Assembly: GCA_016218805.1 (NCBI GenBank)
Contig: JACRCW010000032.1
Coordinates: 1 to 64,000 of the forward strand
Source: Deltaproteobacteria bacterium
Lineage (GTDB): Bacteria > Myxococcota > JACRCW01
Length of the DNA: 64,000 nucleotides
Direction: 5' to 3'
Shown: piece after piece, positions 1 through 7,448 of the stretch
Position numbering within the stretch: position 1 is the stretch's first letter
Layout: the number at the start of each line of letters is the position of its first letter
Position numbers and translations under genes: made by a program
Notes under the pieces: generated by a model
What the model was told of the DNA's origin: nothing
Databases searched by the model: none
What the model saw: only the letters and a program-made list of their open reading frames with translations

Positions 1-591
1 GCGGGCCCCGGAGGGTGGCACGCCCATGGACGGCAGCGCTGAGGGCGGCACGCCCAGCGACGGAGGCAGCCCGGTGGACGGGGGCACGCCGAGAGATGGC
101 GGGCGGGGCGGCTGCGCGGCGGGCGCGGGTGGCGGCGTGGCGGAGGGCGCGGCGCCGGGAGCCGCGGCGGCGGGGGCAGCAGGGCGGGCGGCGGCACCGG
201 CACGGCTGGGCACGGTCACCGGCGTCATCCCCATGGAGCCCAGCACCTTCTCCAGGACGGTGGACGAATCCAGCGGCTTCTGCAGCCACGCCGTCACGCC
301 GGAGGCGCGCGCGCGGTTCTCGTCAAACGGTTCGGAGGTGCACCCCAGCAGGAACATGGGGGCGGCGCCCAGCGCGGGATCCTGCCGCAGGTGCGCGGCC
401 AGGTCATAGCCCGCCATCCCGGGGAGCACCTGGTCCACCAGCATGGCGTCCGGCTTGACCTGCTGCACCAGGGACAGGGCCTCCTGGCCGTTCCCGGCCA
501 GCAGCAGCCGCACGTCCTCGTGCGCAAAGATGATCTCCATCACCTTGCGCATGGTGACACTGTCATCCACCACCAGGATGTTCTTTGGCAT
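1..591 (-). CDS. romR: Response regulator, RomR-like (receiver domain plus Pro/Ala-rich linker); runs off the window edge
   Basis: Absent from the ORF track because it has no stop in the window. Manual translation from ATG 591 gives MPKNILVVDDSVTMRKVMEIIFAHED...DAMLVDQVLPGMAGYDL...EPFDENRARASG...LQKP, with receiver DD, D and KP motifs. It closely resembles the Myxococcus RomR N-terminus and is followed by a Pro-rich linker. Confidence 0.75.
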   Translation of the reverse strand, partial: MPKNILVVDDSVTMRKVMEIIFAHEDVRLLLAGNGQEALSLVQQVKPDAMLVDQVLPGMAGYDLAAHLRQDPALGAAPMFLLGCTSEPFDENRARASGVTAWLQKPLDSSTVLEKVLGSMGMTPVTVPSRAGAAARPAAPAAAAPGAAPSATPPPAPAAQPPRPPSLGVPPSTGLPPSLGVPPSALPSMGVPPSGAR

Positions 592-910
592 GCGTGCCCA
601 CGCCTCCGCCGGGGCCGGAGATACCGACGGACCGGCGAGCCTTTCAAGGGCGGTTCATTAGCCCCAAGGCCTTTGGCGAGACAAGTTTCCTGCTCGACGT
701 GCCGCGCTGCGGCGTGGCGCGGGGTCAGCGGGCGGCGCCGCGGAAAAAAGCGCTTGCCGCGGTTGTTGGCCCAACCGGGGGTGTGGCAAGGTGCGCGGCC
801 TGCCCGGGGGAGGAGCTTCCCCGGGCTGTACCGTCCACGTGGCTCCGCCCCACCGGGGAGGGTCACCAGACCGCGGGCCGGTCCTTCCGGGGCCGTCCCC
901 ATGGACAACC

Positions 911-2665
911 ATGAAGCTGACCCTGCGCCTGATACCCCTGTTCTCCGCCCTGGCCCTGCTCACTGCAAGCAGTGAAGGCTGCATCGATGTGGAACTCGTC
1001 AACATGGGCCGGAAGATCGCCCTGGACGTGTGCACAGGGGAACCGCAGACGCCCGGCAAGGGCGGAACCACGGATTGCCACGTGGATTTTGGCGGGACTG
1101 ACCTGTCCGTCCGGGTGACCAAGAAGATCACCATCTCCAACGTTGGGGAGGATGAGCTGGCCATCACGGGGTACGAGTTCACCGGCACCTCCGACCCGGC
1201 GTTTGCGGTGGAGTATCTGCCCACGACCATCAAGGCGGGCATCTCCTCCGAGATGGCGGTCAGCTTCCGCCCGTTGCTGGAGAGCTCCGTGGGCGCGGAC
1301 ATCGTCCTCAAGACCACCGCGCAGAACGCCAGGGACCCCAACGACGGTGACGTCACCATCCACCTGGGCGGCGCGGGCGCGGACAACGGCCTGCCGGAGC
1401 TGCAGGTGGACGTGGTCAACGGGGACACGCTGGAGGGGTGCTGTGACCTGGGCTTTGTGGCGGTGGGCTCCATTGGCACCTGCCGCGTGCGGCTGACCAA
1501 CACGGGCACCCGGCCGCTGGTGCTGGACGAGGTGGCGTTTGACCCCACGGAAACCACCGCGGGCGTGTGGACGCCCGTGGGCGCGCTGCCCACGCCCGGG
1601 GACCACAGCCACGAAGAACAGTTCAGCATCCCGGCGCACGAGAGCCAGATCATCTCGTTCCGGTTCCAGCCCACGGACGTGACCACCTCGCGCGCGCGCG
1701 TGGTGTTCCGCACCAACGCGCCGCGGGCGTGCGGTCCCATTGGCGCGTTTGCGGACGGTGCCTGCAGCCGCCTGCCCTACACGGACCCCTGCCCCACGGC
1801 GGGCGCCGGCGCGGTGACCGTGGACTTCCGCGGCCAGGGCGCGCAGCCGCCCGAGTGCGTGGCGCGCATCAAGACCGTCAACGGCTCCGCCAACTTTGAC
1901 CCGCGGCTCATTGAGCCGCTGGATGACGTGCAGCTCACCGCGGAGGACAGCCGCGTGTCCGTCTCCGGGCTGACCATCACCAGCTACCGGTGGGAGATCA
2001 CGCAGCGGCCGCCGGGGTCCAACGTGCGGTTTGACTCGGACGTCTCGGTGAGCCCGCACTTCGTGTTTGACAACACCTCCACGCGCACCATCGTGGGCCT
2101 GGACGTGGTGGGCGAATACGTCGTGCGCTGCGAGGCCGTGGACTCGCAGGGCACCAAGTCCATCAATGACGGCGAAGCCATCCTGGCCATCAACGCCACG
2201 CCTTCCGAGGCCATCCACCTGCAGCTGGTGTGGGACGCGCCGGACACGGACGTGGACCTGCACATGGTGATGGAGAACGCGGGGCACTTTGACTCTGAGA
2301 GCGGGTACGACTGCTACTTTGCCAACTGCAAACCCAGCGCGGGCGGCGCCCCGGAGTGGGACGCCACCGCCGGCCGCACGGACGGGGACCCCGTGCTGGA
2401 CGTGGATGACGTGGAGGGTTACGGGCCGGAGAACAGCAACGTCCAGCAGCCCATTGCCGGCCGCTACCTGGCCCTGGTGCATTACTACAGTGACCACTCC
2501 AATGGCCCCACGGTGGCCACGCTGCGGGTCTACGTCTACGGCAACCTGGTGGCGGAATACACGCGGCTCATCCAGGACGGCGAGTACTGGCAGGTGGGCG
2601 TGGTGGAGTGGCCGGGGACGGCGGCGCCCACCTGGACCGAACTGGACGCGATGGGCCAGCCCTGA
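911..2665 (+). CDS. Secreted/lipoprotein with two choice-of-anchor D (ASH/Ig-like) domains, a PKD-like domain and a C-terminal YfaP/DUF2135-like domain
   Basis: Signal peptide MKLTLRLIPLFSALALL..EGC; DFG...ITISNVG..L.I motifs; C-terminal LQLVWD..DTDVDLH...LDVDDVEGYGPEN...VHYY motif. Confidence 0.7.
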   Translation: MKLTLRLIPLFSALALLTASSEGCIDVELVNMGRKIALDVCTGEPQTPGKGGTTDCHVDFGGTDLSVRVTKKITISNVGEDELAITGYEFTGTSDPAFAVEYLPTTIKAGISSEMAVSFRPLLESSVGADIVLKTTAQNARDPNDGDVTIHLGGAGADNGLPELQVDVVNGDTLEGCCDLGFVAVGSIGTCRVRLTNTGTRPLVLDEVAFDPTETTAGVWTPVGALPTPGDHSHEEQFSIPAHESQIISFRFQPTDVTTSRARVVFRTNAPRACGPIGAFADGACSRLPYTDPCPTAGAGAVTVDFRGQGAQPPECVARIKTVNGSANFDPRLIEPLDDVQLTAEDSRVSVSGLTITSYRWEITQRPPGSNVRFDSDVSVSPHFVFDNTSTRTIVGLDVVGEYVVRCEAVDSQGTKSINDGEAILAINATPSEAIHLQLVWDAPDTDVDLHMVMENAGHFDSESGYDCYFANCKPSAGGAPEWDATAGRTDGDPVLDVDDVEGYGPENSNVQQPIAGRYLALVHYYSDHSNGPTVATLRVYVYGNLVAEYTRLIQDGEYWQVGVVEWPGTAAPTWTELDAMGQP

Positions 2666-2707
2666 GCAGTGCACTGCGGGAAAATACCTGAGTGGGAGTG
2701 GACGGAC

Positions 2708-5700
2708 ATGAATCGCTTGTTCCGCATGGGTGGGGTGGCAGTGGTTGCGCTGGTGGCGTCGTGCAGCCAGCAGCCGGAAGACGGGCAGGACGCGGGGCCG
2801 CAGCAGTCCGCATGCACCAGCAAGGCGGACTGCTCCAGCGGTGAGGTGTGCGCGGGGGGCATCTGCATCCGCGGCGAATGCGAGGTGAAGGAGGACTGCC
2901 CGCGCCCCCGGGACCAGTTGTGCAGCAGCGAGCTGTACCGCTGCATCCCGGACCCGGATTCGCCCATCAATGACGAATGCCCCGCCGGCGACCAGGACTG
3001 CAACCTGGGTGAGTTCTGTTCGGCCGGCACCTGCTACTCCACCAGCGACGTGCCGCCCTGCACGCGCACCAGCCAGTGCAGCGGCGCGGACCGCTGTGAC
3101 CCGCGCGCGGGCTACTGTGTTCCCAACCTGGGCGGGTGTGACCGCTGCAATGAGTACCCGGAACTGTGCTGCACCACCGACGAGTCCTGCGACCCGGAGA
3201 CCAAGCGGTGCCGTCCCAAGACCGGCGGCACCACGTGCACGGTGGCCACGCAGGAACAGGACTGCCGGCCGGGCGAGCGCTGTGTGGACAGCCGCTGCGT
3301 GCAATGCGTGATTGACGACGACTGCGGGCCGGGCACGGTGTGCAACGTGGCCACGGGGCGGTGCGCCTCCGCCGGCTCCTGCACCACGGACGCGGACTGC
3401 GCGGAGTACCCGGGCCGGCGCTGTGCCGCGGCCACGCGCCAGTGCACCGTGCCGCAGTGCCAGCAGGACAATGACTGCGCCAGCCGCGAGGCGTGCAACA
3501 CGGAGACCTTCCAGTGCTTCCTGCCCCCGGCCACCTGCACGGAAACGGACGAACCCAACAACGCCATGAGCGAGGCCACCCCCGTGACGACGGAGACGAC
3601 GTCCGGTTCGCGCACCATCACCTCCAAGCTGTGCCGCGGTGACGTGGACTACCTGAGCTTCCCGGTGGAGACCGGCCGCCGGGTGGAGGCCACCGTGAGC
3701 GTGACGCCGTCGTCCTCCGCGTATGGCATTGCGCTGAGCCTCATTGGACCGGATGGCGGCAGCCCGCTGGTGTCCACCACCTTTGGGTTCTCATCCTCCC
3801 CCAAGAAGATGGGCGCCAACGTCAGTTCCACCGGGACCGCGTACGTGAAGATTGAGTCCGGCAGTTCCACGTCCGAGGACCAGTGGACCTACACCGTGGA
3901 GATCCGGCTGGTGGAACCGCTGAACTGCGACACCGAGTTGGGCGAGCCCAACAACTCGGCGGCCACTGCCGGCAACTCCACGCTGGCCGAAGGCAGCACG
4001 TCCCGCGCCCTGTGCGGGTCCACGGACGCGGACTTCCACACGTTGCGCGCGCCGCCCAACCAGCGCGTGTCCGTGAGCGTGGACTTTGATGACGCCTATT
4101 ACTTCACCTTCTACCTGCGCACGCCGGACGGCAGCGCGCTGGCCAGTGACCTGTACGGGTCCTCCCCGGCGGTCCTGTCCACCACCACAGGCAACGCTGA
4201 GACGGACATGATCCTGTCGGTGGAGTACGACGACTGGTCCACGCCGCCAGAGGACCCGTCCGTCTACACGGTCACCATTGACTACTCTGACCTGCCGACC
4301 TGTTCCGACACGTCCTTTGAGCCCAACAACACGCGGGCGGACGCGTCCACCGTGTCGCCCGGGACGGTGCAGGGCGCCAGCTGCACGCCCACGGACCGTG
4401 ACTGGTACAAGATCTCCCTGGCGCAGACGTCGCTCATCCGGGCGTCACTGGCGTTTGATACCGGGCTGGACCTGGACCTGAAGTTGTGGGGCGCGGACAC
4501 CACCAGCCCGCTGGATTCGGCCACCGCCACTTCCAACCCGGAGGTGGTGGAGCAGACGGCGCTGCCGCCGGGGACCTACTGGCTGGAGGTCATCCCGTAC
4601 ACGTCTTCCACCAGCGCGTACCCGGCCACGTATTCGCTGACCATCACGGCGCCGGGCTATTGCGTGGATGACGCGCTGGACAACGGGGCGGGCAATGACA
4701 CCGCCAGCGCGGCGGTGGGGCTGCGGGACTTTGTGGACGGCGCGCTGGATTACGAGGCGGACCTCAACATCTGCCGCCAGGATGAGGACTGGTTCCGCGT
4801 GGTGGCGCTGGGCACCGAACGGATCAGCGCGACGATGACCGGGGTCACCAACGGCATGATCACGCTGTTGGCCTCCACCGCCACCGGGCTGGTGGAGGTG
4901 GGGCGCAGCACAACGGTGCAAACGTCCAGCGGTCCGGCGGAGTTCCTGACCGCGCCGGTGGACGTCCCCGCGGGGCTGTACTTTGTGAAGGTGAGCGCCG
5001 GTCCGGCCTCTGAAGGCGCCTACCACCTGGTTATCCGCACGGACACCGACCCGTGCGACGGCCTGGGCGGCGACCGTGAGCCCAACGACGCCACGGCCAA
5101 CGCCGTGAGCCTGCTCCCCGGCGCCAACCACGGCATGTTCTGCCCGCGAGACGACGTGGATGTGTGGAAGTTCTTTGGTTCCGCTGGAGACACGGTGCGC
5201 GCGCAGTTGGACTTTGACGCGTCCCGCGGGGACGCGGACCTGGCCTTGTGGGTGCCCGGCCAGGCCACGCCGCTGGCCGTGGACCAGGATGACGACCCCC
5301 CGGGGCCCGCGACCGCGGACCTGAGCCTGACGTTGTCCGCGTCCGGGACGTTCTGGCTGGTGGTGGCGCGGCACGGGGCCAACCTGGACGTGGGCCAGCC
5401 CTACACCCTCACGGTGTCCGGCAACACCACCCCGCCCCCGTCATCCTCCAGCAGCGGGCCGGCCAGCGCGGCGTCTTCCTCGTCGGGCGGCACCGCTTCC
5501 ACGTCCGGCGCGCCGGTCTCCTCGTCGGGCGTGGGGTCGTCCGCGGCACCCGTGTCGTCGGCGGGGGTGGCCTCGTCGTCGGCCCCGGCGTCGTCGTCGG
5601 CAACAGCGTCGTCCGCGGCCCCGGCCTCGTCGGCAGCGGCGGCGTCCTCGGCCGCGGCGGCCTCGTCGGCGGCAGCCGCGTCCTCCGCCGCGCCGGCCTC

Positions 5701-5779
5701 GTCCGCGGCAGCGGCGTCGTCGGCGGGTGCGGCGTCCTCCGCGGGGGGCAGTTCCGCGGGTGGGGCCAGCAGTCTGTGA
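2708..5779 (+). CDS. Lipoprotein with Cys-rich CxxDxDC repeats, about five PPC-like (pre-peptidase C-terminal) domains and a Ser/Ala-rich tail
   Basis: Lipobox LVASC; many CxxDxDC units; repeated EPNN...A...LC..D.DWY/F modules; low-complexity ASSAAA tail. Confidence 0.75.
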   Translation: MNRLFRMGGVAVVALVASCSQQPEDGQDAGPQQSACTSKADCSSGEVCAGGICIRGECEVKEDCPRPRDQLCSSELYRCIPDPDSPINDECPAGDQDCNLGEFCSAGTCYSTSDVPPCTRTSQCSGADRCDPRAGYCVPNLGGCDRCNEYPELCCTTDESCDPETKRCRPKTGGTTCTVATQEQDCRPGERCVDSRCVQCVIDDDCGPGTVCNVATGRCASAGSCTTDADCAEYPGRRCAAATRQCTVPQCQQDNDCASREACNTETFQCFLPPATCTETDEPNNAMSEATPVTTETTSGSRTITSKLCRGDVDYLSFPVETGRRVEATVSVTPSSSAYGIALSLIGPDGGSPLVSTTFGFSSSPKKMGANVSSTGTAYVKIESGSSTSEDQWTYTVEIRLVEPLNCDTELGEPNNSAATAGNSTLAEGSTSRALCGSTDADFHTLRAPPNQRVSVSVDFDDAYYFTFYLRTPDGSALASDLYGSSPAVLSTTTGNAETDMILSVEYDDWSTPPEDPSVYTVTIDYSDLPTCSDTSFEPNNTRADASTVSPGTVQGASCTPTDRDWYKISLAQTSLIRASLAFDTGLDLDLKLWGADTTSPLDSATATSNPEVVEQTALPPGTYWLEVIPYTSSTSAYPATYSLTITAPGYCVDDALDNGAGNDTASAAVGLRDFVDGALDYEADLNICRQDEDWFRVVALGTERISATMTGVTNGMITLLASTATGLVEVGRSTTVQTSSGPAEFLTAPVDVPAGLYFVKVSAGPASEGAYHLVIRTDTDPCDGLGGDREPNDATANAVSLLPGANHGMFCPRDDVDVWKFFGSAGDTVRAQLDFDASRGDADLALWVPGQATPLAVDQDDDPPGPATADLSLTLSASGTFWLVVARHGANLDVGQPYTLTVSGNTTPPPSSSSSGPASAASSSSGGTASTSGAPVSSSGVGSSAAPVSSAGVASSSAPASSSATASSAAPASSAAAASSAAAASSAAAASSAAPASSAAAASSAGAASSAGGSSAGGASSL
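5440..5776 (+). repeat. Imperfect coding repeat (ASSAAA/ASSAAP, about 18 bp) forming the Ser/Ala tail
   Basis: Recurrent gcctcgtcggc/gcgtcctccgc units visible in the DNA and in the translation. Confidence 0.7.
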
Positions 5780-5837
5780 CGGCAGCGGCGGCGGGGGCGG
5801 TGGGTATCCTCGCGCGGGCGGGCGGGGCGGAGGGTGC

Positions 5838-7439
5838 ATGAGGGCGCGCGGGTCATGGATCAGTATGGCGCTGGTGCTGGTGTCCTGCCGGGCGGAGGAC
5901 TGCACCGGCCGGCTCCAGGACACGCGGGCGCAGCCGGCGGTCAACCCTCTTCCCACGCTGGCTTTTGGCGAGGTGGACGTCACGCAGCGCAAGATGCTGA
6001 CGGTGGCCATGTCCAACGACGGGGACCGGGACTGGGACGAGCTGACCTTCACGCTGTCCCCTGACACGGACCCGGCGTTCACGCTGATGGAGTCCCCGCC
6101 GACGTTTGTGCCGGCGCTGGGGGGCAGCCGGTCCCTGCAGGTGTTTGTGCTGCCGCGGGTGGCCACGCAGTTCAGCGGTCTGCTGACCATCCGCGGGCGG
6201 GTGGCGGAGGAGAGCGCGCCGGATCCCAAGTGGGAGGAGTTCAAGATCAATCTGACGGCGGTGGCCGTGAACAACGGCTTGCCGGACATTGAAGTGGACC
6301 CGGTGGCGGTGGAGTTCGGGCGCGTGGCGGTGGAGGACGTCAAGCGGGCGGAGTTGCGCATCCGCAACGTGGGCATCCGGGACCTCATCATTGAGGGCGC
6401 GGAGCTGTCCGCGGAGGGCGGCGGCGCGTTCGGGTGCGCGGAGTGTGCGTCATTGCGGACCACGCTGCCTCCCTCCAGCTCAGTCACCGTGCACCTCACC
6501 TTCAGCCCGCCGTCACTGCAGGAGTACGCGGCGTCCTTGACGCTGCGCTCCATTGACCCGGACGAGCAGGAAGTGGTGGTCCCGCTGCACGGCACCGGGC
6601 AGGTGGCGCCGGTGGCCTGCATTGAGTTTGTGGATGTCATTGAGACGCTCCGGCCGCAGGAGACGGTGCGGCTGGACGGCGCGTGCAGCCGTACGGAGGT
6701 GCCCGGCACGTGGCTGGCCCGCTATGACTGGGAGCTCAGCTACCGCACGGCGGGCAGCACCACGGTGTTGAAGAACGTGGTGCCCGCGGGCAGCGGGCAG
6801 ATGGGCATTGCACTGGCCGTGGAGTGCCCGGACCCGGCGGACACCGCCGCGGTGCCGTGCAGCACGCGCGTGGACACCGTGGCGGACCTGGCGGGCACCT
6901 ACGAAGTGAGCCTCACGGTGACGGACAACACCGGGCTGCGCAGCGCACCCACGACGGTGCGGTACCGCGCGGTGCCGGAGGAGGCGCTGCACGTCCAGCT
7001 GGTGTGGGACCACCCCACGGCGGACCTGGACGTGCACTTCATGACCAACGCGGGGCCGCCGTTTGTGCACGCCACGGACTGCTACTTCTCCAACCGCTTC
7101 CCGGAGTGGTTTGGCCCCAACCCGGACCCGCGCAACCCGCGGCTGGACGTGGATGACCAGGGTGGGTTCGGGCCGGAGAACATCAACGTGGTGGCGCCGC
7201 AGGCGGGCCGTTACCGCGTGGCGGTGCACTACTGGCGCAGCAAGACGGACGGGGACCCGGCCACGCTGGCCACGGTGCGCGTCTACGTGCGCGGGCAGCT
7301 GGCGCTGGAGCAGGGCCAGTTCTTCCTGGATGACCAGCAGATGTGGATGGTGGCGGACCTGGACTGGCCGGTGGATCCGGAAGCCATGCCCACGCTGAAC
7401 CCGGTGGGGGACGTGACGCCGTACCCGCGGCCGTTCTAG
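5838..7439 (+). CDS. Paralogue of 911-2665 (choice-of-anchor D x2, PKD-like, YfaP/DUF2135-like); probable lipoprotein
   Basis: GGAGG upstream of ATG 5838; LVLVSC lipobox; shares NGLP.[LI].VD, EA[LI]H[LV]QLVWD, DCYF.N and LDVDD.G[FY]GPEN with the first copy. Confidence 0.75.
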   Translation: MRARGSWISMALVLVSCRAEDCTGRLQDTRAQPAVNPLPTLAFGEVDVTQRKMLTVAMSNDGDRDWDELTFTLSPDTDPAFTLMESPPTFVPALGGSRSLQVFVLPRVATQFSGLLTIRGRVAEESAPDPKWEEFKINLTAVAVNNGLPDIEVDPVAVEFGRVAVEDVKRAELRIRNVGIRDLIIEGAELSAEGGGAFGCAECASLRTTLPPSSSVTVHLTFSPPSLQEYAASLTLRSIDPDEQEVVVPLHGTGQVAPVACIEFVDVIETLRPQETVRLDGACSRTEVPGTWLARYDWELSYRTAGSTTVLKNVVPAGSGQMGIALAVECPDPADTAAVPCSTRVDTVADLAGTYEVSLTVTDNTGLRSAPTTVRYRAVPEEALHVQLVWDHPTADLDVHFMTNAGPPFVHATDCYFSNRFPEWFGPNPDPRNPRLDVDDQGGFGPENINVVAPQAGRYRVAVHYWRSKTDGDPATLATVRVYVRGQLALEQGQFFLDDQQMWMVADLDWPVDPEAMPTLNPVGDVTPYPRPF

Positions 7440-7448
7440 GTGGAGTCA

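Noticed and set aside
911..7439. Functional link between the YfaP-like domains and the A2M gene, as in the E. coli yfa operon
   Set aside because: They are more than 40 kb apart in different operons, with no supporting evidence.
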